Shown here piece after piece: positions 29,801 to 38,805 of a stretch of 42,363 bases of DNA. The notes beneath the pieces were generated by a model. That model was not told the DNA's origin. It searched no databases and saw nothing but the letters and a program-made list of their open reading frames with translations. The stretch's first letter is position 1, and each line of letters opens with the position of its first letter. The stretch is taken from the NCBI GenBank assembly GCA_041739345.1, contig JBGSNZ010000012.1:1-42363 (forward strand), written 5' to 3'. Origin of the DNA: Acetivibrio sp. (GTDB lineage: Bacteria > Bacillota > Clostridia > Lachnospirales > Lachnospiraceae). A program made the translations under genes and the position numbers.

Positions 29801-29953
29801 ATGGATAAGTTATTTAGTGACGACGATTTGGCTGATTTATTGGCAGAGCTTGATACTGAAAATAACAAGGTACCGATTGAAGATGATCCGGAAATGGAAG
29901 CTGCCCAAAGAAGATACACCGAAATTATTAGGAAGCACAAGGATGACAAGTAG
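29801..29953 (+). CDS. small acidic hypothetical protein (50 aa)
   Basis: ATG 6 nt after a strong GGGAGGA RBS. Clean 50-codon ORF MDKLFSDDDLADLLAELDTENNKVPIEDDPEMEAAQRRYTEIIRKHKDDK. Below the 60-aa cutoff of the ORF track. No family recognised. Confidence 0.35.
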   Translation: MDKLFSDDDLADLLAELDTENNKVPIEDDPEMEAAQRRYTEIIRKHKDDK

Positions 29954-29988
29954 GAAATGCGAGATAAGTTGGAAATTCGGGAAACTTC

Positions 29989-30017
29989 TTGACAAATTAG
30001 ATTTCTGCGAATAAACT
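29989..30017 (+). promoter_or_regulatory. candidate sigma-A promoter for the metG leader
   Basis: TTGACA (29989-29994), 17 nt, TAAACT (30012-30017). Located ~50 nt before the first T-box stem. Confidence 0.35.
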
Positions 30018-30064
30018 AGTGCGTATATATTCCGCTTATGGATATAAGTGGATTAAAATATTTA

Positions 30065-30326
30065 AAATGCATGGAAAAGAAGAGTAGTCTGATAGGTTAC
30101 ATTACAGAGAATCCCGGTAGCTGAGAAGGGATATGGAGAATGCAGATGAAGATGGTCTTGGAGCAGAGTAACTGAGGTGTTATGATAAGCTTAGGTTACG
30201 ACGGTAGCACCCGTTATCGTGCAGACTGTTATGCAGTCATGGAGGCTTTTGTCGCAAGGCAAGGCAAATTAAAGTGGTACCACGAGATTATAGCTCGTCT
30301 TTAAGAGATTAAAGACGAGTTTTTTG
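30065..30326 (+). promoter_or_regulatory. T-box riboswitch leader (Met specifier) controlling metG
   Basis: Conserved T-box sequence AAATTAAAGTGGTACCACGAG (30266-30286) overlapping the antiterminator. Terminator CTCGTCTTT-AAGAGATT-AAAGACGAG plus T6 (30293-30326). Stem-I region with GA motifs (AGAGTAG / ACAGAGAAT) and AUG triplets in the specifier region (GGAGAATGCAGATGAAGATGG). Confidence 0.75.
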
Positions 30327-30364
30327 TATGTGAACATGTTTTAACAGAGTGAAAGGAGATTATT

Positions 30365-32329
30365 ATGGAAAAGAAAACGTATTATTTAACAACAGCCATT
30401 GCCTATACTTCAGGCAAACCACATATTGGAAACACTTATGAGGCAGTACTTGCAGACAGTATTGTAAGATTTAAACGATATCAAGGATATGATGTTCGTT
30501 TTCAGACAGGAACAGACGAACATGGACAAAAAATTGAATTAAAGGCAGCAGAAGCCGGAATTACGCCAAAGGAATTTGTTGACCAGGTTGCAGGAGAGAT
30601 CAAAAGCATATGGGACTTAATGAATACCTCTTATGATCATTTCATTCGTACTACCGATAAAGATCATGAAAAACAGGTTCAGAAAATTTTCCGCAAATTA
30701 TATGAAAATGGCGATATTTATAAAGGATATTATGAAGGAATGTATTGTACTCCTTGTGAATCGTTCTTTACTTCTTCCCAGCTTGTCGATGGAAAATGTC
30801 CTGATTGCGGAAGAGAATGTCAGCCTGCAAAAGAGGAAGCGTATTTCTTAAAACTAAGTAAGTATACAGACCGTTTAATTGAGCATATTAATACACACCC
30901 AGAATTTATTCAGCCAGAATCTAGAAAGAATGAAATGATGAATAACTTCCTTTTACCAGGTCTTCAGGATTTGTGTGTCTCCAGAACGACCTTTAAATGG
31001 GGAATTCCGGTTGACTTTGATGACAAACATGTTGTATATGTATGGCTTGATGCACTTAGTAACTATATTACTGGGCTGGGTTTTGATGTGGATGGAAATA
31101 ATGATGCACTTTATAAAAATTTCTGGCCTGCTGATTTACACTTAATTGGAAAAGATATTCTTCGATTCCATACGATTTATTGGCCGATTATGTTAATGGC
31201 ACTTGAAATTCCATTACCAAAACAGATATTTGGTCATCCATGGTTACTTCAAGGTGATGGAAAGATGAGCAAATCCAAGGGCAATGTACTTTATGCAGAT
31301 GATCTTGTATCTATCTTTGGGGTAGATGCGGTTCGTTACTTTGTGCTTCATGAGATGCCATTCGAAAATGATGGTGTTATTACCTGGGAGCTCATGGTAG
31401 AGAGAATGAATTCTGACCTTGCAAATACCTTGGGAAACTTGGTAAATCGTACTATCTCTATGTCGAATAAATACTTTGACGGCATTGTAAATAATAGAAA
31501 TGTAAAAGAATCCGTGGATGATGAATTAATTCAGCTAACATTTGAAACACCAAAAAAAGTAGAAGAAAAGATGGAAAAACTTCGTATTTCTGATGCCATT
31601 TCCGAGATCTTTACCCTATTCAAACGTTGCAATAAATATATTGACGAAACAATGCCTTGGGCGCTTGCAAAAGAGGAGGAGAAGAAAGCACGTTTAGAAA
31701 CTGTACTATATAACTTGGTAGAAAGTATTAGTGTGGGAGCTAGCTTGCTAGAAAGCTTTATGCCAGAAACCTCTGCAAAGATTTTGACACAAATTAATGA
31801 TACAAAGAGAGAGTTAACAGCCATGGATGCATATGGAAAATATGTATCGGGTAGCAAAGTAGTGGAAAAACCAGAGATTCTATTTGCAAGACTTGATATG
31901 GAAGAAGTACTAAAACAAGTAGAAGAAATGAAAGCAAAGCAGACGAATAATAGCAAAGAGGTAGAGCCAGTGATGGAGCCGGGTATTGATATAGAAGCAA
32001 AAGCTGAAATTGAATATGATGATTTTATGAAAATGCAGTTTCAGGTAGGCGAAATTCTTGCGTGCGAGGAAGTTCCAAAGTCTAAGAAATTATTATGCTC
32101 TAAAGTACGCGTTGGAAGTGAAATAAAGCAAATTGTTTCAGGTATCAAACAGTACTATAGCGCAGAAGAAATGGTAGGAAAAAAGGTTATGGTTTTAGTT
32201 AACCTAAAACCTGCCAAATTGGCTGGGGTATTATCCGAAGGAATGCTTTTATGCGCAGAAGATGCAGATGGTAATTTAGCGCTTATGACACCGGAAAAGC
32301 CAATGCCTGCAGGAGCAGAAATTTGCTAA
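30365..32329 (+). CDS. metG: methionine--tRNA ligase (with C-terminal tRNA-binding EMAP/Trbp111 domain)
   Basis: Class I aaRS: HIGN (HIGH variant, PHIGNTYEA), KMSKS, Zn knuckle CTPCES...CPDCGREC. C-terminal OB-fold tRNA-binding domain. Confidence 0.95.
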   Translation: MEKKTYYLTTAIAYTSGKPHIGNTYEAVLADSIVRFKRYQGYDVRFQTGTDEHGQKIELKAAEAGITPKEFVDQVAGEIKSIWDLMNTSYDHFIRTTDKDHEKQVQKIFRKLYENGDIYKGYYEGMYCTPCESFFTSSQLVDGKCPDCGRECQPAKEEAYFLKLSKYTDRLIEHINTHPEFIQPESRKNEMMNNFLLPGLQDLCVSRTTFKWGIPVDFDDKHVVYVWLDALSNYITGLGFDVDGNNDALYKNFWPADLHLIGKDILRFHTIYWPIMLMALEIPLPKQIFGHPWLLQGDGKMSKSKGNVLYADDLVSIFGVDAVRYFVLHEMPFENDGVITWELMVERMNSDLANTLGNLVNRTISMSNKYFDGIVNNRNVKESVDDELIQLTFETPKKVEEKMEKLRISDAISEIFTLFKRCNKYIDETMPWALAKEEEKKARLETVLYNLVESISVGASLLESFMPETSAKILTQINDTKRELTAMDAYGKYVSGSKVVEKPEILFARLDMEEVLKQVEEMKAKQTNNSKEVEPVMEPGIDIEAKAEIEYDDFMKMQFQVGEILACEEVPKSKKLLCSKVRVGSEIKQIVSGIKQYYSAEEMVGKKVMVLVNLKPAKLAGVLSEGMLLCAEDADGNLALMTPEKPMPAGAEIC

Positions 32330-32423
32330 TGTAACTTAGAACTTTCATCTATCCTAACTGTGTAATTACGATGCAGAAAGGATAGACGAAAGTTTTTTCT
32401 TTAAGACAGGAAGGACAAGACAA

Positions 32424-33194
32424 ATGATTTTTGAAAGTCATGCACATTATGAAGATAAGGCATTTGATGAGGATAGAGAAAGCTTGTTAGAAAGCTTTGG
32501 GGCAAATGGTATTGGTATGGTAGTTAATGTTAGCTCCAGTCTTGAAACCATTGAAAAGACCATTGAACTAATAAAAAAATATTCCTTTATGTATGGAGCG
32601 GTTGGAGTACATCCAGAGGAATGTGCCACTTTGAACAATGAATCCTTTGAGTATATTCGTAAAATGGCAACAAAAGAAAAGATAGTAGCAATTGGTGAAA
32701 TTGGTCTTGACTACTATTGGGACGAGCCAGAACGTAATATTCAAAAGAAATGGTTTGACGCACAGATTGAGCTGGCAAGAGAAGTGAATTTGCCAATGAT
32801 TATTCATAGCAGAGATGCAGCCAAGGATACATTAGATATTATGAAAGCACACAAAAGTGAGGAGATTGGTGGAGTTATACACTGCTTTTCCTACGGAAAT
32901 GAGATGGCAAGAGAATATCTTGATATGGGATTTTATCTTGGTGTAGGCGGTGTTGTTACGTTTAATAATGCAAAGAAACTAAAAGAGGTTGTGGAATTTG
33001 CACCAATGGATCGCATTTTAATTGAAACGGATTGTCCATATCTTTCACCAGTACCAAACCGAGGAAAGAGAAACTCATCACTTAACCTTTCCTATGTCGT
33101 TCAAGAGATTGCAAAAATCAAAGGTTTGGATTATGATGAGGTAGTAGCAATAACCGAGGAAAATGCAAAAAAGATGTACAAAATAAATATTTAG
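32424..33194 (+). CDS. tatD: TatD-family metal-dependent DNase/hydrolase (YabD)
   Basis: FESHAHY N-terminal metal-binding motif, HSRDA, and the ETDCPYL C-terminal motif. Confidence 0.9.
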   Translation: MIFESHAHYEDKAFDEDRESLLESFGANGIGMVVNVSSSLETIEKTIELIKKYSFMYGAVGVHPEECATLNNESFEYIRKMATKEKIVAIGEIGLDYYWDEPERNIQKKWFDAQIELAREVNLPMIIHSRDAAKDTLDIMKAHKSEEIGGVIHCFSYGNEMAREYLDMGFYLGVGGVVTFNNAKKLKEVVEFAPMDRILIETDCPYLSPVPNRGKRNSSLNLSYVVQEIAKIKGLDYDEVVAITEENAKKMYKINI

Positions 33195-33211
33195 AAGACA
33201 AGAGGTGGCGA

Positions 33212-34078
33212 ATGGCAAACTTAGGAATACCACAGAATACCATTGCAGTATTACAAAAGTATAATTTTAATTTCCAGAAAAAATTTGGTCAGAATTTCTT
33301 GATTGATACCCATGTACTCGAAAAGATAATCGATGCAGCTGGGATAACCAAAGAGGATTTTGTTTTGGAAATTGGACCAGGTATCGGAACAATGACACAG
33401 TACCTATGTGAAAATGCAAGAGAAGTGGTTGCAGTTGAGATCGATAAGAAATTAATACCAATTCTTGAAGATACATTATCCGAATATGATAATGTCACCA
33501 TTTTGAATGAGGACATTTTAAAGGTTGATATAAATAAATTGGCAGAAGAAAAAAATGGCGGAAAACCGATCAAAGTTGTTGCAAATCTGCCTTATTATAT
33601 TACGACACCTATCATTATGGGACTGTTTGAAAGTAATGTTCCACTTGATAGTATCACGATAATGGTACAAAAAGAAGTTGCCGACCGCATGCAGGTAGGA
33701 CCTGGAACAAAAGATTATGGGGCGCTTTCTCTTGCTGTGCAATATTATGCAAAACCACAAATTGCAGCAAATGTTCCTCCAAACTGTTTTATGCCAAGGC
33801 CAAATGTAGGTTCTGCAGTTATTACGTTAAAACGCTATGAAAAACCACCGGTTGAGGTAGAGGATGCAAAACTTATGTTTCGTATCATCCGTGCTTCCTT
33901 CAATCAAAGAAGAAAGACCCTGGTGAATGGACTTAATAACTCTCCTGAAATTTCGCTTTCGAAAGAAGTGATTGCACAAGCGATAGAAAAATTGGGAGTA
34001 TCCCCTTCTATTCGGGGTGAAGCATTGACATTAGAACAATTTGCAAGACTAAGTAACTTGATACAAATGAGGCAGTAG
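33212..34078 (+). CDS. rsmA: 16S rRNA (adenine1518/1519-N6)-dimethyltransferase
   Basis: KsgA signature FGQNFL, SAM motif EIGPGIGTMT, NLPY catalytic motif (ANLPYYITTPI). Confidence 0.9.
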   Translation: MANLGIPQNTIAVLQKYNFNFQKKFGQNFLIDTHVLEKIIDAAGITKEDFVLEIGPGIGTMTQYLCENAREVVAVEIDKKLIPILEDTLSEYDNVTILNEDILKVDINKLAEEKNGGKPIKVVANLPYYITTPIIMGLFESNVPLDSITIMVQKEVADRMQVGPGTKDYGALSLAVQYYAKPQIAANVPPNCFMPRPNVGSAVITLKRYEKPPVEVEDAKLMFRIIRASFNQRRKTLVNGLNNSPEISLSKEVIAQAIEKLGVSPSIRGEALTLEQFARLSNLIQMRQ

Positions 34079-34083
34079 AAAAT

Positions 34084-36381
34084 ATGGCTAAGAAGAAAAA
34101 AAAGAAAGCAAAGAAAATGACGCCGGGTAGGAAGAGGCTTCAATTTATTTTTAAAATATTATTATTGTTATTATTGCTAACTATATTAATTGCAGGAATC
34201 TTCCTATATATGAAATATGGAAAAACAGTATTTACGCTGCATGATGAAGCAAATACACTGGTGCGACAGTCAACGACGGAGACTTTTCGACAATCTGAAA
34301 CAAGTGAAGTCTATGATACCAATGGTAAAATAATCACGACATTAAAAGGAACGAAGGATACGTATTATCTAGAATATGACAAGATTCCAGATATGGCAAC
34401 GCAGGCTATGATTTCTATCGAGGATAAAAAATTTCTAAAACATAATGGAATTGATATCAAAGGTATTATTCGTGCGGCGAAGTCGTATGTTGATAACCAT
34501 GGAGAAATTACCCAAGGAGCTAGTACAATTACCCAGCAGTTGAGTCGTAATATTTTTCTGACGCACGAGGTGAGCTGGCAGCGAAAAGCAAAGGAAATAT
34601 TTATTGCTTTAGCAATGGAAAAGAAGTATTCCAAAGAACAAATCATGGAATTTTATATGAATAATATATACTTTGGTAATGGTTATTATGGTATTCAGGC
34701 AGCATGTAAAGGATATTTTAGCACCGATGTTGATGAGTTATCCTTAGCACAGATTACCTACCTTTGTGCAATTCCAAATAATCCAACTCTTTATGATCCA
34801 TTGGAGAACAGCGATAACACCATTAAGCGAAAGAACCGAATTCTGAAACAAATGAATAAAGATGGAGCAATTGGTGATGAAGAATATCGAGAAGCTGTCA
34901 ATGAGGAAATTACGCTAAAGGTTACAAAGAATAAAAAGCGAAATTATATTGAAACATATGTATACAACTGTGCAATTCGTGCACTTATGAAAAATCAAGG
35001 ATTTAACTTCCGATATACCTTTAATTCCGATGAAGAAAAAGAACGCTATCAAGAGCGTTATGACGATGTATATTCGATGTGCCAGCAGTCATTATATAGT
35101 GCAGGTTACCGCATTTACACTTCTATTGATACAAAGAAGCAAAAGCAATTGCAAAAGTCAGTAGATGATGTTTTGGCAGATTTCTCGAGTAAAAACAAGG
35201 ACGGAATTTATGAGTTGCAAGGAGCCGCTACCTGTATCGACAACAATAATGGAAGAGTAGTTGCTATTGTTGGAGGAAGAGAGCAGGATACCATTGGATA
35301 TACATTGAATCGAGCATATCAAAGCTATCGTCAACCTGGAAGCTCGATAAAACCTTTGATTGTATATACACCATCATTTGAGCGGTCGTATACACCAGAC
35401 AGTATTGTTGTAGATGAAAAAATGGAGGATGGACCAAAGAATTCAAATGGATCCTATGCCGGTAAAATTACTGTTCGTACCGCAGTAGAGCAGTCAAAAA
35501 ACTCCATTGCATGGAAATTATTTACAGAATTAACACCAGAAGTTGGGTTACAATATTTATTAAATATGAACTTTGCAAAAATATCGAAAAATGACTATTA
35601 TCCTTCTGCTTCTCTTGGTGGATTAACCAATGGTGTTAGTAGTGTAGAAATGGCTTCTGCATTTGCAACGCTTGAAAATGAAGGCGTATTTAGAGAACCA
35701 ACTTGTATTGTTTCCATTCTTGATTCAAGGGGAAATGAAGTGGTTAGTGAAATCCAGGATACCAAGGTAATCTATGATGCAAATGCAGCGCGCACGATGA
35801 CCGATGTTTTGAAAGGGGTATTTACGAGAGGAACTGCTAGGGGGCTTTCTCTTACCAACATGTCTTGTGCTGGAAAAACTGGAACGACAGATGATAAAAA
35901 AGATGGCTGGTTTGTTGGATATACGCCTTATTACACAACAAGTGTATGGGTTGGCTATGATATTCCAAAGCAACTAGATTCTCTTGCAGGTGCTACATAT
36001 CCGGGAAGTATTTGGAAAACATATATGCAACAGATTCATGAAGGATTAGAAAATATTGGATTTGTTAATTATACCAAAACGGAAGATACTACGGTAAAGG
36101 AGGAAGCAGAAGATGAAGAAAAAGTTCAGGAAAATATTCAGCAAAACGTTCCCGAAGAGCCACCTGTCGAAGCCGACGAGGATGAAAATATACTCGATTT
36201 GGATGCGCCGCTTGAAGGAGAGGAAGACACGACGCAAGATCCAGAAGCTGATTCACAAGGTCCAGAAGGGGAATATGACTATTCAGGCGATACACAAGAT
36301 GAAGAAACTCTGCAAGGGGATGAAGAAGTAACCGTTCCATCCGAAGAAGATATTGTTGAAACACCAGTACCAACCGAATAA
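34084..36381 (+). CDS. class A penicillin-binding protein (bifunctional transglycosylase/transpeptidase, PBP1A-like)
   Basis: N-terminal TM anchor. GT51 motifs EDKKFLKHNGID and GASTITQQL. Transpeptidase SxxK (GSSIKPL), SxN and KTG (AGKTGTTDD) motifs. ~120-aa acidic low-complexity C-terminal tail. Confidence 0.9.
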   Translation: MAKKKKKKAKKMTPGRKRLQFIFKILLLLLLLTILIAGIFLYMKYGKTVFTLHDEANTLVRQSTTETFRQSETSEVYDTNGKIITTLKGTKDTYYLEYDKIPDMATQAMISIEDKKFLKHNGIDIKGIIRAAKSYVDNHGEITQGASTITQQLSRNIFLTHEVSWQRKAKEIFIALAMEKKYSKEQIMEFYMNNIYFGNGYYGIQAACKGYFSTDVDELSLAQITYLCAIPNNPTLYDPLENSDNTIKRKNRILKQMNKDGAIGDEEYREAVNEEITLKVTKNKKRNYIETYVYNCAIRALMKNQGFNFRYTFNSDEEKERYQERYDDVYSMCQQSLYSAGYRIYTSIDTKKQKQLQKSVDDVLADFSSKNKDGIYELQGAATCIDNNNGRVVAIVGGREQDTIGYTLNRAYQSYRQPGSSIKPLIVYTPSFERSYTPDSIVVDEKMEDGPKNSNGSYAGKITVRTAVEQSKNSIAWKLFTELTPEVGLQYLLNMNFAKISKNDYYPSASLGGLTNGVSSVEMASAFATLENEGVFREPTCIVSILDSRGNEVVSEIQDTKVIYDANAARTMTDVLKGVFTRGTARGLSLTNMSCAGKTGTTDDKKDGWFVGYTPYYTTSVWVGYDIPKQLDSLAGATYPGSIWKTYMQQIHEGLENIGFVNYTKTEDTTVKEEAEDEEKVQENIQQNVPEEPPVEADEDENILDLDAPLEGEEDTTQDPEADSQGPEGEYDYSGDTQDEETLQGDEEVTVPSEEDIVETPVPTE

Positions 36382-36450
36382 AAAAGCGTGAAAAATGGAG
36401 CGAATACAAGTGGATATAATCTTCTTGTATTCGCCCCATCTTTATATTCA

Positions 36451-37224
36451 CTACATACTACCGAGAACCTGAATTGCCTTATCTTTTAAGATAAGTTCAA
36501 AGTGTTCTTCAAAGTAGGAATAACTTGCATAGGTAGTTCGTTCTGCTTTGCCATATTCTGATATAATATTGCATATCTTATTAAATTCTTCTGGTGTATG
36601 CTGTGATTTGCTAATCACTAAATAATATTTTTCAGTAGCGTTGTCTTTATATATACTGTTTAGTCCATTGTAAGACTTTGTGATATGCTCGGAAAGACGA
36701 CTAATTTCTTCTAATGATTGAAAGGAAAAAAACTTGGTTAGATTTGTTTGTGTCGCAACATATTTTGGTTCAATTTCGTCTGAGATTTCATCTTCGCTTG
36801 AATCGGAATCCATCGCTTTTTCATCTATATCGGATTCATCATCTAAGCCCATAATCTCATCTATTTTATCAAAACAATGAAGGATTTCATCTGCATAAGC
36901 AACATCTTCTTCTGCATTAAACTCATTAATTTCTTGTTCCGGTGAAAATTTTGAAAAACGAGTATCTAATTCGTCTGGATCTTCAATTTTAGTGATTACA
37001 AGAACTAAACATTCGGCAGAAACTGGAATTGCTTCAATCATCAAAGGAATATCATCTGCTTCAAACCCAAACTGATAAGCTGCTTGTTGCATCATATCAC
37101 GAAAGAGCTCTTTTGCTTTTTCTGTTCCATAAGCAAGTTCACTGATTCTTAGTTCCCTATCCATTAAATCTCTCTTGCTGAGGGTACATCGAATCTGATT
37201 ATCGCTGATTTTTTCAATTTTCAT
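36451..37224 (-). CDS. mecA: adaptor protein MecA
   Basis: MKIEKISDNQIRCTLSKRDLMDREL... N-domain, acidic linker, and C-terminal ClpC-binding domain. The start is set at ATG 37224 (RBS AAAGGATG 8 nt upstream), not the ORF-track start 37329. Confidence 0.8.
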   Translation of the reverse strand: MKIEKISDNQIRCTLSKRDLMDRELRISELAYGTEKAKELFRDMMQQAAYQFGFEADDIPLMIEAIPVSAECLVLVITKIEDPDELDTRFSKFSPEQEINEFNAEEDVAYADEILHCFDKIDEIMGLDDESDIDEKAMDSDSSEDEISDEIEPKYVATQTNLTKFFSFQSLEEISRLSEHITKSYNGLNSIYKDNATEKYYLVISKSQHTPEEFNKICNIISEYGKAERTTYASYSYFEEHFELILKDKAIQVLGSM

Positions 37225-37373
37225 ATAATCACATCCTTTTCTAAATATATCGAACCATCGATATGCAATAGTATCCTTAGTGTATGCGTGATTTAAAAAA
37301 AGTATAAGTGATATCCAAATTAAAGTCAACTAAAAATCAATTGACAAAATTTGCTTATGACACTAAAAATTAA

Positions 37374-37401
37374 TTGACAAAACTTGTTAATAGATTATAA
37401 T
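37374..37401 (+). promoter_or_regulatory. consensus sigma-A promoter abutting the kinase start codon
   Basis: TTGACA (37374-37379), 16-nt spacer, TATAAT (37396-37401). The ATG at 37408 lies 6 nt downstream. Confidence 0.55.
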
Positions 37402-37407
37402 ACTAGT

Positions 37408-38805
37408 ATGAGGTGTAATTTTAAAAAGAAAGGAGCGTTTGTATATAATATTATATGGTTTAATAAATATCGTGTTATTCAAAAACTAGGACAAGGTAGC
37501 AGTGGTATCGTTTATTTAGCTCAGCATGAAATGCTTCATACATACCGAGCAATCAAGCAAATGCCAAAGAAACAAGCAAATGCCCGGTGGATGAATGAAG
37601 TTAACATTTTAAAAATTCTTAGACACCCAAATATTCCTATAGTATATGATATTGAGGAAGATGAAAATTATATCTATATTATTGAAGAATATATAGAGGG
37701 TCAATCTTTACGAGCTTATAAGCTCAGTCAAACAAACATCAATGAAAATAAATTACTCGATTTCTTAATTCAGTTAAGCGAAGTTCTTGATTTTTTACAT
37801 TCTTTAAAACAACCCATTTTATATCTTGATTTAAAACCAGATAATATCTTAATTACAAATAGTCATCAATTAAAGTTGGTGGATTTTGGTACAGCAAAAG
37901 TTTTTCAAAAGGGCAATTCAGTAACTCATTCCTATGGAACAAAAGGATATGCCGCGCCGGAGCAGTATGGTGTGTATAAAGAGGATAAACGCTCGGATAT
38001 ATATGGTCTTGGTGGAATTCTTTTCTTTTTAGCAACAGGAGTTCCTTATATGGGAAGTAAAGAAGAGTTAAAAAATTTGGAACATACAAGCTATTATTCA
38101 AAACAATTTATAATGATTCTTACAAAGTGTTTAAAGTACCAACCGTCTGATCGTTATGCCTCGGTTGATGTGGTCAGGAAAGAAGCCACTTATCTAAAAC
38201 AAACAAAAGCGGACGTATGTGAAAATACACCTCATATTATCACGGTAACGGGTATGATACCCCGTATTGGTACTACTCATATCAGTCTTATGATAACAGC
38301 ATATCTAAATCAAATTGGAATCCCTGCACTTTATATTGAACAAAATGAGTCGCGTGTCGTGGAGCAGCTAAACAAATGCGTGGATAAATATTGGTTGGAA
38401 AAGATACCAATGGCAAGAGGCGATACCAAGCTTTTAATGCAAAGATATCCAAAATTTGATGTATTTATATGCGATTGTGGCGTATTGGTAAATCAAAATA
38501 ATACGTTTGTAGCGAAAGGTAAGAATTTCTTGGTTTTAGGATCTAAACCATGGGAGTGGAAGTTACCAGAACAAGGATTTAAGGGGACCTATTTGTTTAA
38601 TTACACAAAACCAGAAGATTTTGTATACCTTAAAGAGAAGTTAAAAGATACACATTGTGTAAGAGTACCATTTGCATCAGATTGCCTTTCAACGCAGACA
38701 AATCGCTGTGTTAAAGTATTCTTACAGGAGATATTAAACGATGTATTGGAAAAAAAGAAACAGCGATTCTTTTTTAGCAAATCGCGGGAATCAAGAAAGT
38801 ACTAA
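37408..38805 (+). CDS. Hanks-type Ser/Thr protein kinase (non-RD: HRD replaced by YLD) fused to a degenerate ParA/MinD-like P-loop domain
   Basis: Gly-loop LGQGSSGIVY, VAIK-lysine (RAIKQ), catalytic loop LYLDLKPDNIL, DFG (VDFGTAK), APE (GYAAPEQ). C-terminal ~200 aa begins IITVTGMIPRIGTTHIS, a Walker-A-like motif lacking the Lys. The start is uncertain: TTG 37384 lies inside the promoter, and ATG 37408 would be leaderless. Confidence 0.7.
   Translation: MRCNFKKKGAFVYNIIWFNKYRVIQKLGQGSSGIVYLAQHEMLHTYRAIKQMPKKQANARWMNEVNILKILRHPNIPIVYDIEEDENYIYIIEEYIEGQSLRAYKLSQTNINENKLLDFLIQLSEVLDFLHSLKQPILYLDLKPDNILITNSHQLKLVDFGTAKVFQKGNSVTHSYGTKGYAAPEQYGVYKEDKRSDIYGLGGILFFLATGVPYMGSKEELKNLEHTSYYSKQFIMILTKCLKYQPSDRYASVDVVRKEATYLKQTKADVCENTPHIITVTGMIPRIGTTHISLMITAYLNQIGIPALYIEQNESRVVEQLNKCVDKYWLEKIPMARGDTKLLMQRYPKFDVFICDCGVLVNQNNTFVAKGKNFLVLGSKPWEWKLPEQGFKGTYLFNYTKPEDFVYLKEKLKDTHCVRVPFASDCLSTQTNRCVKVFLQEILNDVLEKKKQRFFFSKSRESRKY

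Noticed and set aside
31531-32000. 141-aa and 68-aa minus-strand ORFs inside metG
   Set aside because: They are antisense to a highly conserved aaRS gene.
36046-36451. 120-aa and 63-aa minus-strand ORFs and a 72-aa plus-strand ORF over the PBP1A tail
   Set aside because: They are frames of the low-complexity GAA/GAT-rich tail region, and the PBP frame is continuous through it.
37384-37407. TTG 37384 as the kinase start
   Set aside because: It lies within the spacer of a consensus TTGACA-16-TATAAT promoter whose transcript would begin at ~37408.
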